This document shows positions 18,297-27,907 of a DNA stretch of 64,000 nt, one piece after another. The stretch is from an uncultured Dehalococcoidia bacterium (GTDB lineage: Bacteria > Chloroflexota > Dehalococcoidia > Lucifugimonadales > UBA1127). Every line of letters begins with the position of its first letter. The stretch's first letter is position 1. The notes below the pieces were generated by a model that was not told the origin of the DNA, searched no databases, and saw nothing but the letters and a program-made list of their open reading frames with translations. Location: positions 15,450 to 79,449 of the forward strand of contig CAZTCW010000001.1 in NCBI GenBank assembly GCA_964612825.1, written 5' to 3'. Position numbers and translations under genes: made by a program.

Positions 18297-19694
18297 TTGT
18301 CTGTGAAGGATAGCAGCCTTTTTGCCTGCGTGGACTGTGGTTCTCAGAGCCCCCGATGGATGGGATTCTGTCCATCATGTGGCTCAAAAGAGCCGTTGAT
18401 AGAGGTTTACCAGCAGGAATCTAGACGTGGGTCTTGGGTTTTAAAGCAATCAGAACCCTTAGAACTCTCAGGAATCGAATTAGATGATTACCCCCGAATT
18501 GTTTTTCCGGATAACGAATTCAATCGCGTCTTAGGCGGTGGAATTGTTCCTGGTTCGGTAATCCTGCTTGCTGGTGATCCCGGTGTTGGCAAATCAACGT
18601 TATTACTGCAAAGTGCCAATTCATTGGTTTCAGCCACCAATAGTTCGGGGGGGAAAGTCTTTTATGTTTCTGGAGAAGAAGCAAATTCTCAGATACGAAT
18701 GCGGGCTGACCGGCTTGGCTTAAGCGGCAGAAACCTCTTTTTACTAGATGAAACGGAAATTGATTCTGTATTTTCACAACTAGCTGACCAAATTGTTTCA
18801 GCATTGGTAATCGATTCTATCCAAACGGTTTATTGTAATAGCCATCCGGGGAGCCCAGGTACGGTCGGTCAAATTCGTGAAACAACCCGTCGGTTGATCA
18901 ATTGGGCCAAATCTCGAATGATCCCCGTGTTAATTGCTGGTCACGTCACCAAGGATGGAGAAGTGGCCGGTCCGAGAATCTTAGAACATATGGTCGACGT
19001 TGTACTGTATCTGGAAGGGGAAAGTTTTGGTCCTTTGCGTATACTCCGTGGAATAAAGAATAGGTTCGGGTCTACGGGTGAAGTTGCAGTATTTCAAATG
19101 GAAGAAGATGGGCTTAAGGAGATAGCTGATCCTTCCCAAGCTTTATTGTCCGGTAGGAGCAACGGTCAAATCGGCTCAGCAGTAGTTTCCGTTTTAGAAG
19201 GAACCCGGCCACTTTTGGTTGAAATTCAAGCTTTGACAGTCCCATCCTATTCATCAATTCCCAGGCGAATTGCTACAGGCATAGATGTAAATCGCTTGGT
19301 TATGCTCTCCGCTGTCCTCGACAGGAGAGCAGGGATCCAACTGGGAGGTCAAGATATAATTGTTAATGTAGTCGGGGGATTGAAAATTACGGAGCCAGCG
19401 ATTGATTTGGGAGTAGTTCTTGCTATCTCGTCAAGTGTAAAAGGCGTTCCCCTAATCGATGAGATGGTAGTTATGGGGGAGATTGGTCTAGCGGGGGAGG
19501 TCAGGGGGGTGTCTCAACTGGGGCGGAGATTGGAAGAATCTTCTAGATTAGGGTTTAAATCTGCGATCGCAGGAATTGCAGATTTAAGTTTTCAATTCAG
19601 TCAAATTAATTTATCTAAAGTGGATAATATTTCCGAAGCCATCAAGATTGGTATGCCCCGAGGGAACCTTCTGGCCGATTTAGAGAATTCATGA
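18297..19694 (+). CDS. radA: DNA repair protein RadA/Sms
   Basis: C4 zinc finger, GDPGVGKST, KNRFG, Lon-like C-terminus. Confidence 0.97.
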   Translation: MSVKDSSLFACVDCGSQSPRWMGFCPSCGSKEPLIEVYQQESRRGSWVLKQSEPLELSGIELDDYPRIVFPDNEFNRVLGGGIVPGSVILLAGDPGVGKSTLLLQSANSLVSATNSSGGKVFYVSGEEANSQIRMRADRLGLSGRNLFLLDETEIDSVFSQLADQIVSALVIDSIQTVYCNSHPGSPGTVGQIRETTRRLINWAKSRMIPVLIAGHVTKDGEVAGPRILEHMVDVVLYLEGESFGPLRILRGIKNRFGSTGEVAVFQMEEDGLKEIADPSQALLSGRSNGQIGSAVVSVLEGTRPLLVEIQALTVPSYSSIPRRIATGIDVNRLVMLSAVLDRRAGIQLGGQDIIVNVVGGLKITEPAIDLGVVLAISSSVKGVPLIDEMVVMGEIGLAGEVRGVSQLGRRLEESSRLGFKSAIAGIADLSFQFSQINLSKVDNISEAIKIGMPRGNLLADLENS

Positions 19695-19710
19695 GTTTAA
19701 TGGTGATACG

Positions 19711-20547
19711 ATGAGGGAGCAATCTAAAAATAAACAAGTTCAACTGGATCTCATTCTTAGGGATATGGGATCTGTTGTAGTTGCTTACTCGGGCGGTGTA
19801 GACAGCACTTTATTGGCGATAGCAGCGTTTAAAGTCTTAGGGACCAATATGTTAGCGGTAACTGCAAAATCCCCCTCATTAGCCCAATGGGAACTTGATG
19901 AAGCTCGGAAACTAGCATTTTCGTATAAATTCCCACACAGGGTAATTGCCACTAATGAATTGGACATACCAGAATATATGGAAAATGGACCCAAGCGTTG
20001 TTATTTTTGTAAAATTGAACTTCACACACATCTACAAAAGATTGCAGAAGAAGAAGGATTTAATTGGGTAGCTTCCGGAACAAATCTTGATGATCTGAAA
20101 GATTTCCGGCCAGGCAATTTGGCAGGAAAAGAGCAAGGTATTCGCAATCCATTTGTAGAAGCTGGCATCGATAAATCGCTAGTCCGCGAGATTTCAGGCG
20201 ATTGGGGCCTCCCTACCGCAGACAAGCCGGCACAGGCATGTTTATCCTCCCGTATTCCTTACGGAACTCCTGTTACCGTTGAGGTTTTACGTCAAGTAGC
20301 CAAAGCCGAGTTAATTCTTAGGCAGTTGGGTTTTAATAATGTTAGGGTTCGCCATCATGGCTCAATTGCTAGGATTGAGGTCGGCTCAGATGAAATAGAC
20401 TTATTTTTGGAAGAGAAAAATCGCCAATTTGTACACGACGAATTGTTATCGATAGGATATCTGTACGTTACATTGGATTTACAGGGTTATCGTATGGGCA
20501 GCTTGAACTCGGGAATCCGATCCCGACATGCAAGGAATTCTTTATGA
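19711..20547 (+). CDS. larE: ATP-dependent sulfur transferase LarE (NPN cofactor biosynthesis)
   Basis: SGGVDS PP-loop, RCYFCK, DFRPG, ACLSSRIPYG, VRVRHHG, GYRMGS. Confidence 0.93.
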   Translation: MREQSKNKQVQLDLILRDMGSVVVAYSGGVDSTLLAIAAFKVLGTNMLAVTAKSPSLAQWELDEARKLAFSYKFPHRVIATNELDIPEYMENGPKRCYFCKIELHTHLQKIAEEEGFNWVASGTNLDDLKDFRPGNLAGKEQGIRNPFVEAGIDKSLVREISGDWGLPTADKPAQACLSSRIPYGTPVTVEVLRQVAKAELILRQLGFNNVRVRHHGSIARIEVGSDEIDLFLEEKNRQFVHDELLSIGYLYVTLDLQGYRMGSLNSGIRSRHARNSL

Positions 20548-21779
20548 AAGTAGCCTATTGCGACCTGATCGGTGGTGCTAGCGGAGATATGTTTATTGGT
20601 TCGTTAATCGATGCGGGATTATCAATCAGTGCATTAGAGATTGAGATCAACAAATTAGGGATACATGGTTACAACCTTAAGACAGAAAAAGCTGAGCGTG
20701 CTGGTGTCCACGGGACACATTTGACTGTAGTTATCGAGTCAAACCCTGAGGTTTCTCATACTTGGGGTGACTTCCTTACCATGATAGATAACAGTCCTCT
20801 TACATCAAAAGTAAAAAGCCAATCTATTTCGGTGTTCAGGAATTTGGCTGAAGCTGAAAAACGAGCCCATCGCAATCCCACCAACGAAAATGATCAGGTC
20901 CTAGAGGAATTAGGCTCTCTGGATACAATTATTGATATAGTGGGTACTGTAGCTGGATTCCAACTTTTAGGAATCGACAAAATATTTTCTTCTCCAATAC
21001 CGATGGGATCCGGGCTAATTTCCTCTCACCATGGCATTTTGCCAGCTTCTGCTCCAGCGACTCTTGAATTGATCGCTATGGCTGGAGCTCCAATAATCAG
21101 TCCCCGAAAGGGGATGTCAGGCGAGCTCGTTACCCCAACTGGAGCCGCTTTGCTGACTTCTTTAGCGGATTTTTCCGCCCCGGAATTCCATTTGCAAAGT
21201 GTTGGGTATGGTTTAGGCAATAGGAATCCACGGGATTATCCTAACGCCTTGTCTTTATGGATCGGTGAACAGCGAACGGACATTTCTGTAAAATCCTTGA
21301 TTCTCTTGGAAACAAACATTGACGATATGAACTCTCAAATTTTTGGCTACGTTCAGGAAAAACTGTTTGCCAAAGGAGCTTTAGATGTTTGGTTTACTGC
21401 TATTCAAATGAAGAAAGGGAGGCCTGGCGTTTTGTTGAGCGTGTTACTTCCTAAAGAGTTGGAGGCTCAACTTACATCGGTAATTTTTTCAGAAACCTCA
21501 ACATTGGGAATCCGAACCAGGAATGTCAGTCGCTTTGAAGCAGAAAGGCAATCCAAATTGGTTAGGACTGTTTACGGAGATGTATCTGTGAAAATAAAAT
21601 ATTCAGAAGGCAAGCCTGTAAGTGTTGCCCCTGAATATGAAGATTGTTCATGGATAGCCCAAGAATATCAGATTCCTTTAAGTGAAATTATGCGACAAGT
21701 TGGGATTAAAGCGTGGGACCAAATCTTAGGGAAGGAATTCTCAGAAGAGGATGAGGAGGATGATGACTCGAAAAATTAA
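20544..21779 (+). CDS. larC: Nickel insertase LarC (NPN cofactor biosynthesis)
   Basis: GASGDM, ELVTPTGAA, LETNIDD, MKKGRPG, ETSTLGIR, PEYEDC. Confidence 0.93.
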   Translation: MKVAYCDLIGGASGDMFIGSLIDAGLSISALEIEINKLGIHGYNLKTEKAERAGVHGTHLTVVIESNPEVSHTWGDFLTMIDNSPLTSKVKSQSISVFRNLAEAEKRAHRNPTNENDQVLEELGSLDTIIDIVGTVAGFQLLGIDKIFSSPIPMGSGLISSHHGILPASAPATLELIAMAGAPIISPRKGMSGELVTPTGAALLTSLADFSAPEFHLQSVGYGLGNRNPRDYPNALSLWIGEQRTDISVKSLILLETNIDDMNSQIFGYVQEKLFAKGALDVWFTAIQMKKGRPGVLLSVLLPKELEAQLTSVIFSETSTLGIRTRNVSRFEAERQSKLVRTVYGDVSVKIKYSEGKPVSVAPEYEDCSWIAQEYQIPLSEIMRQVGIKAWDQILGKEFSEEDEEDDDSKN

Positions 21780-23031
21780 GAAGCTCCAAAGAGGAGTTTC
21801 AATTGTTGGTGCCGGGATGTCGCAATTTGGGAGTTTCAAGGATTTGATTGGGAGAGACCTTCTCTCGGAATCGTTTAGAGATCTAATCAACTCTGTTGAT
21901 AAAGGGTTGAATGTTTTGGACATACAATCCATTTATATTGGTAACTTCTCAACCGAAATGTTTGAAGGCCAAGGGCATATCGGCCCAATTATGGCCGATT
22001 GGTTGGGATTAACTCCAAGGCCGGCCACTAGGGTGGAGAATGCTTGCGCCAGTGGAGGGAGTGCACTTCGCGAAGGTATAAATGCAGTTGCATCCGGGTT
22101 ATACGATATTGTCTTGGTAGGTGGGGTGGAAAAAATGAGCAGCTTGTCAACCGAGGAAACCACGGACGTCTTGGCAATGGCAGCTGATGTTTTGTATGAA
22201 GTGCCGGCAGGCTTTACCTTCCCTGCCATTTATGCGGCAATAGCTGTCGCATACCTTAATAAATATGAGGTTTCTCCTGAAGAGCTATTCGGTGTAAGTA
22301 TAAAAAATCATAGGAACGGTTCTTTGAATCCCCGAGCACAATTCAATTCTACAATCGGTGAAATGATGGAACGAAGAGTTTCCAGAATGGTGCCACCTCC
22401 AATTAGCAATCCCTGGAATGACGAAAAAGAATTTTTGAATGATCTCTCAGTTAACCCTTGGGTCTCATGGCCATTACGATTGTTCGATTGTGCTCCCATC
22501 ACGGATGGTTCCGCATGTGTTCTCCTAGTCGCTGATGAATTAGAAAACTTGTTTACGGACAATCCGGTTCGTATTATTGGAACTGGTCAGGCGACTGGAC
22601 CTCAGTTAAACTCGGCTCCGAATCCAACGTCTCTCTCAGCCGCAAAGTTTGCTAGTTTGGAAGCTTATTCGATGGCAGGTATTGGCCCTGATGCAATACA
22701 GATCGCTGAGGTTCATGATTGTTTTTCTATTGCAGAAATTGTAGCCACTGAAGACCTTGGGTTTTTCAGGGAAGGCCAAGGTATTGAGGCCCTTAAAGAG
22801 GGAAGGACTTCTTTGCAGGGAGATAAACCAATAAATACTTCCGGAGGGCTTAAGGCTAAAGGACATCCCGTCGGTGCCTCTGGGGTAGCACAGGTAGTAG
22901 AATTATATCTACAGCTAAGGAGGCAGGCAGGGCTCCGACAGGTACCCAATCCAAATCTTGAGTTTGGATTGGCGCACAACATTGGGGCTGCTGGTGGGAC
23001 GGGAGTGGTACACATTCTTCAGCGAGAGTGA
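21760..23031 (+). CDS. Thiolase (archaeal/SCP-x-like acetyl-CoA acetyltransferase)
   Basis: VENACASG, EVHDCF, GHPVGASG, HNIG; start at 21751-21763 uncertain. Confidence 0.9.
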   Translation: MMTRKIKKLQRGVSIVGAGMSQFGSFKDLIGRDLLSESFRDLINSVDKGLNVLDIQSIYIGNFSTEMFEGQGHIGPIMADWLGLTPRPATRVENACASGGSALREGINAVASGLYDIVLVGGVEKMSSLSTEETTDVLAMAADVLYEVPAGFTFPAIYAAIAVAYLNKYEVSPEELFGVSIKNHRNGSLNPRAQFNSTIGEMMERRVSRMVPPPISNPWNDEKEFLNDLSVNPWVSWPLRLFDCAPITDGSACVLLVADELENLFTDNPVRIIGTGQATGPQLNSAPNPTSLSAAKFASLEAYSMAGIGPDAIQIAEVHDCFSIAEIVATEDLGFFREGQGIEALKEGRTSLQGDKPINTSGGLKAKGHPVGASGVAQVVELYLQLRRQAGLRQVPNPNLEFGLAHNIGAAGGTGVVHILQRE

Positions 23032-23032
23032 A

Positions 23033-23452
23033 ATGAACGATTATCAGGGCACAACCACATGGTCTGAATTTTTACAGAGCCTTGCAAATGGCCAATTATG
23101 GGGCAGGGGTTGTAGGGCTTGTGGGAACTTAGAAATTTTTCCCAGGTCGAGTTGTAACAGTTGCTCGGCGCAACAATTTGACCCCATCCTTTTTACTGGG
23201 AAGGGCCGTATCGACACTTTCACCTATGTATTTGTGACTTCTAAATCTATGGTTTCCAAGGGTTACGGAGTAGGGAATCCCTATTGTTCTGGGATAGTAA
23301 CTCTTAATGAAGGGCCAAAAATTCCCGCAATTATAATTACAGGGAAACTCGAAGGGACTCCCAATAACTTAGTCGGGGCTCCCGTTATCTTCGAGGGTTG
23401 TGAAATTGACAACAATAGTCCGACCTTTAAATTCCGTATGATTTCCTCGTAA
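23033..23452 (+). CDS. DUF35-type Zn-ribbon/OB-fold thiolase partner protein
   Basis: CxxC...FPRSSCxxC then G.I.TFT and an OB fold; ATG at 23033, one base after the thiolase stop. Confidence 0.88.
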   Translation: MNDYQGTTTWSEFLQSLANGQLWGRGCRACGNLEIFPRSSCNSCSAQQFDPILFTGKGRIDTFTYVFVTSKSMVSKGYGVGNPYCSGIVTLNEGPKIPAIIITGKLEGTPNNLVGAPVIFEGCEIDNNSPTFKFRMISS

Positions 23453-23563
23453 AGGTAATCTATGGCTGGCATTATCTTGATTTATTTCGATTGAGTATCT
23501 TTATCATGAAAATTTCCCAATGTGATGGTTGCATGCGAGTGATTGTTCTGGCAAGATAAGCGC

Positions 23564-24457
23564 ATGAAAATTAATTCCTTCGAAATCCTCGAACCTCTTC
23601 CTGATTCTGAAAATTTGCATGCTATTGTTATGTTAAGGCCTTGGCTAGATGCTGGGGGTGTGGGCACTAAAACCCTAAACATTATGGAAAAAAGAATGGG
23701 AGCTACGGAAATAGGCAAGCTTACTAAGCCCGGAACGTTTTTTGATTTTACTCGTTATCGCCCCACCACTAGAAATATCGACAATCGGAGAGTCCTTAAA
23801 ATTCCTAATACATCCATTTCCTTCGCTGCGGGTCAAGAGTCCCCAGAGGATTTTTTATTTGTTCATCTTTTAGAGCCTCATGCATTCGCTGAAGAGTATA
23901 TTGAATCGGTTGTTGAGGTGTTGAAAACCCTCGGAGTAAAAAGGTATTGTCGTATAGGCGCTATGTATAACGCTGTCCCACATACTCGGCCTCTTTGGGT
24001 CACGGGTTCTTTGGATGGAAACCCATTGGAAGGTATCCCAGGGGTTTCAGCTATGCGAAGAAGTACCTATCAGGGCCCGACGAGCATACTAAATCTTATA
24101 ACGGAAGAAACCGAGAAATCCGGGATAGAAACTATGTCCCTTATGATCCATCTTCCCCAGTATATTGAATTGGATGAAGATTATAACGGAATCTCACGGA
24201 TGTTGGAGGTTTTGTGCAATCTTTACGGTTTGCCAAATGATCTTCCTGATAAAGAACGAGGGCGTCGTCAATATGATGAAATTTCTTCAGAAGTTGACCG
24301 GAATCCGGCTTTGCAATCGTTGGTGAAGAGGCTAGAAATTTACTACGATTCTCGCGATACGGAATCAGCGGAAACTTCATCGCAGGATACCCAATTATCT
24401 CCAGAAGTAGAGCAATTTCTGGAGAATTTGGGCAAAGATATACAAGATAAACCTTGA
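23564..24457 (+). CDS. PAC2 (proteasome assembly chaperone) family protein
   Basis: PWLDAG, FFDFTRYRP, EPH, VPHTRP, YQGPTSI, HLPQY. Confidence 0.82.
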   Translation: MKINSFEILEPLPDSENLHAIVMLRPWLDAGGVGTKTLNIMEKRMGATEIGKLTKPGTFFDFTRYRPTTRNIDNRRVLKIPNTSISFAAGQESPEDFLFVHLLEPHAFAEEYIESVVEVLKTLGVKRYCRIGAMYNAVPHTRPLWVTGSLDGNPLEGIPGVSAMRRSTYQGPTSILNLITEETEKSGIETMSLMIHLPQYIELDEDYNGISRMLEVLCNLYGLPNDLPDKERGRRQYDEISSEVDRNPALQSLVKRLEIYYDSRDTESAETSSQDTQLSPEVEQFLENLGKDIQDKP

Positions 24458-24738
24458 ACTCTTTTAGCGGCCTAAACCTCAATTCCGTGGTTTGTATCTG
24501 AACTAATCCGGTCCCAGAGAATTCTAGTCAGTAACAACCATCCGAGAGCTCCAATTTATTTTTCCAATTTTGACTAGTAATTTCGAATCTCTTGTTTCTA
24601 CCAATTTAAGTGTGCTTGATTTTTGTAAGAGCTTAATGGCCTTGGAATAATCAATCTTATTGAACCTTGAAGATCTCTGAGTTAAACTCAAAACCCTCAC
24701 ATCGTTGTGGTTAACCGAATGTTAACGGAAGTAGGTTC

Positions 24739-26706
24739 ATGGGAAGAGTATTGATTGTTCGCAACCATGGAGAATTTCTTGTGGCCCTCCAGACGGAAGA
24801 GAAACCAAGGAAACTTTCCGTTTTAACCCCCGCCGGCAAAACCATCAACGTTAATCCTCATCAAGTGGTTTATCGGTCGGATCTGTATCTTCATATCAAT
24901 GAATTTGAAAATTGGGCAATCCTCTGTGAGGGATATATGGAGTCCATCAATCTCCGTGAGGTATGGGAGGTGATTCAAGGGGAGATCCCATTTGTTTCCC
25001 TAGAGCAACTTGCTGAATTAGTGCTTAATTCCCAGAAGGATTCGGCTTTCATAATATCCCTGGCCCTAATTTTGTACCGAATGAACCCATATTTTGTACA
25101 AGTTGAAGAAAATTGGATTCCTAATACCCCCGAAGCGGTCGAGGCATATTTCGTCAAGGAAGCTGAAATAGAGGAAGTTAATGTCGACCGCCAAGCGCTC
25201 ATCAGTTGGTTAAAAGGAGAATCAAGCAATTTGATTTTGTCTAAACGCCAACAAGAATGGGTAACATGTCTTCAAACGTATGTAGTTTATGGAGAACGAC
25301 ATAGTTCTAAAGACCCAGCGAAACGACTTTTACGTGAAATCGGAATTGAGAGCAGCGATCCTCAACGTCAAGCTTTTGAACTCTTAGTTGGGGTAGGGAT
25401 TTTTCATCCAGACGAGCCCATAAATTTATACCGTCAGCAATTAAGTTTGGAATTTCCTCTAGCGGTGCGTGAGCGAGCGAAATTCTTCTCTTCGGCAAAA
25501 ACCAAATTGGCGGGTGCTTCTGCAGAATGGTCCCAATCAACGGTTATTTCAATTGATGAGAGAACGACTAAGGATATTGATGATGCACTTTCCTTGCAGA
25601 AAACAGACCAAGGGTTTCTTTTGGGCATCCATATAACAGACGCCACTGAATTAGTTCCCTTCGGTGACGTCATTGATCAAGAGGCCTTAAAACGAATGGC
25701 TACCCTTTATTTGCCCGAAATAACTTTTCCAATGTTGCCAGAATCATTATCAGAAGGCGCCGGAAGTCTTCTTCCTAGAGTAAATAGAGCAGTTTTAAGC
25801 GTAATCGTTCAATTGGATTCCGTCTTTAATATTATTTCTTGGGACATTAGGCCCTCTGTTATAAAAAACTCTGCCTCTTTTTCTTACAGGGATGTTGATT
25901 TGATCCTGGCTGGGAAACCAAGTTCATATCAACCCATGTTGGATTCCCTCCAGCTAATTGCGAAAGAATTTCAAGCAAAAAGAGTTAGTCAGGGAGCATT
26001 GGAAATTTCGAGGCCTGAGTTGAAGATTTCCTTTGATAAATTCGGAGCTGTGGGGATAGATGTTTCAGAGGGCCCTTCCCCATCTAGAAAATTGGTTGCG
26101 GAGTTCATGGTTTTAGCTAATCACCTAATGGCGAAATTCTGTAAAGATAACAAAATCCCTGCCATTTATCGCTCCCAAGAGAGATTGCTCACTGATGATT
26201 TGGCTGGCTTAAAGGCGGGGCCTGTTTTGGACTACCTAATCATTAGAAGGTTGCGTCCCAGCAGTATTGGGCTAAATCCTTCACCTCACGCATTATTAGG
26301 GCTTCCAGTTTATATTCAGGCTACTTCCCCTCTACGAAGGTACCCAGATCTTGTTATGCAAAGGCAACTCCGCAGTTTTATCGATTCGCGTGAGTTTTTT
26401 TATTCTAGAGATTCACTTCAAATGTTTATCTATGATGCTGAAACTCAAATAAGAGAAATAGGTCGATTAGAGGAAAACCGGAAAAGACATTGGCTTTTTC
26501 GGTTTTTATCTAATCGGATTGGCACCCTCTTTTCAGGGATCGTTTTGGAAAATAGGGATAAAAGAGCACTTGTTGAGATTGACGGAATAGCTTTACGTGC
26601 AGGCTGTTTTATCACAGAACCGATGAATCCGGGTGACCGAGTCGTTTTGGAACTTCAGGAAGTAGATATCTGGAAATCAGAAGCTCGATTTGCTCTGGCG
26701 CGGTAA
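24739..26706 (+). CDS. RNB-domain exoribonuclease (RNase II/R family)
   Basis: SIDERTTKDIDDALS, VAEFMVLAN, TSPLRRYPDL. Confidence 0.92.
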   Translation: MGRVLIVRNHGEFLVALQTEEKPRKLSVLTPAGKTINVNPHQVVYRSDLYLHINEFENWAILCEGYMESINLREVWEVIQGEIPFVSLEQLAELVLNSQKDSAFIISLALILYRMNPYFVQVEENWIPNTPEAVEAYFVKEAEIEEVNVDRQALISWLKGESSNLILSKRQQEWVTCLQTYVVYGERHSSKDPAKRLLREIGIESSDPQRQAFELLVGVGIFHPDEPINLYRQQLSLEFPLAVRERAKFFSSAKTKLAGASAEWSQSTVISIDERTTKDIDDALSLQKTDQGFLLGIHITDATELVPFGDVIDQEALKRMATLYLPEITFPMLPESLSEGAGSLLPRVNRAVLSVIVQLDSVFNIISWDIRPSVIKNSASFSYRDVDLILAGKPSSYQPMLDSLQLIAKEFQAKRVSQGALEISRPELKISFDKFGAVGIDVSEGPSPSRKLVAEFMVLANHLMAKFCKDNKIPAIYRSQERLLTDDLAGLKAGPVLDYLIIRRLRPSSIGLNPSPHALLGLPVYIQATSPLRRYPDLVMQRQLRSFIDSREFFYSRDSLQMFIYDAETQIREIGRLEENRKRHWLFRFLSNRIGTLFSGIVLENRDKRALVEIDGIALRAGCFITEPMNPGDRVVLELQEVDIWKSEARFALAR

Positions 26707-26787
26707 GTGAATCCATTTTGGTTAAAAACCCGTCTTAAGGAGCGTCGTTGTACCGAACGACCGATATGTTGAAAGGGTTGATGTTCA

Positions 26788-27495
26788 TCAGTTGAAAACT
26801 AATCGTTTAAAAGCTTCCCCAAATTCCATGCCATGGGGTTCCCCAACTCGTCTTCGGCTATCCTGTAACCGCTCTGCGACATCTCTTCCTGTTACTTGGC
26901 TTTTATGTTGTTCAAGTGATTTAATGGCTTGGTCCATATATCCAGATACATCAACCCACCAGTCGGGATTGTCTGTTCCCATAATCCAAACTTCTGAAAC
27001 ATTATGGGGTTCATGTCCTTCATCAAGAAGTTCCGGGAACGTTAGGCGATCTCTCGCAGTTGGGAATACGGCTGATAGTGCGGATTCTCCGGCGGCTATG
27101 TGGTCTGGATGTCCCGATCCGCGTCCGACACTAAGAGTTCGAATTGGGTTTTGACAGATAAGAACTTCGGGTCTGATTCGCCTAATTTCTCTAGCGATAT
27201 CTTTCCTAAGATCTAATGTGGCTTGCAGGTAGCTGTCTGGATAATCTAGAAATACAATTTCTGTCAACCCTAATATTTTGCCTGCCTCCTTCTGCTCCTT
27301 TTTGCGAATCTTGGCTAGTTCCTTGGAGGAGATTTTAGGATCACTGCTACCCTTGCTCCCATCGGTGCAAAGTACATATACTACCGATGTTCCTTCTGCA
27401 CACCACCGGGCTACTGTCCCTGAACAACCGAATTCCGCGTCGTCGGCGTGTGCAACGACTACCATAGCTCGTTTGATTTTCTGTCTTGTAGGCAT
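26788..27495 (-). CDS. PIG-L/LmbE family deacetylase
   Basis: AHADDAEFG, TDGSKG, HPDH, HKSQ. Confidence 0.92.
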   Translation of the reverse strand: MPTRQKIKRAMVVVAHADDAEFGCSGTVARWCAEGTSVVYVLCTDGSKGSSDPKISSKELAKIRKKEQKEAGKILGLTEIVFLDYPDSYLQATLDLRKDIAREIRRIRPEVLICQNPIRTLSVGRGSGHPDHIAAGESALSAVFPTARDRLTFPELLDEGHEPHNVSEVWIMGTDNPDWWVDVSGYMDQAIKSLEQHKSQVTGRDVAERLQDSRRRVGEPHGMEFGEAFKRLVFN

Positions 27496-27771
27496 AAGGA
27501 ATTCCTATAACTTTGAGTAAGGGCACCCTGAGTGTTTCATTTGATTATATCATCTCAATCGTTGTCGCCGATTATCGGGGAGAAAGGGTTTTCACAGGAA
27601 TACAAAAATTCCCAAGATGGATTGAAATGAAAACGGTGATAATCCCAAAGTATTACTCGTGCCAGTTAAGTCTGATTAAATTGTGGAATACAATTATACG
27701 GAATCCAGATTTTAGAAAAATATAGATCAGGGCGTTTATGCTATAAAACGTATCTTTCTTAGGAGTGAGGA

Positions 27772-27799
27772 AGTTGACATAATCATTTATTAGGGCGAG
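27772..27799 (-). other. Candidate dif (XerCD) site
   Basis: Minus strand CTCGCCCTAAT-AAATGA-TTATGTCAACT in a 410-bp intergenic gap; strong XerD-type arm, weak XerC arm. Confidence 0.3.
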
Positions 27800-27907
27800 G
27801 GTGTAATCTAAGCTTTTGAAGGTTAGATAATTCGCAAATTTATATTATGATCCAAATAATCGCCGGTAAGGCTCATTTTGGGAGGGATGATCTGTTCGGC
27901 AAGATAG

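Noticed and set aside
27513-27725. 70-aa plus-strand ORF in the PIG-L/purA gap
   Set aside because: It has a weak start, lies in AT-rich DNA and shows no motif; probably non-coding.
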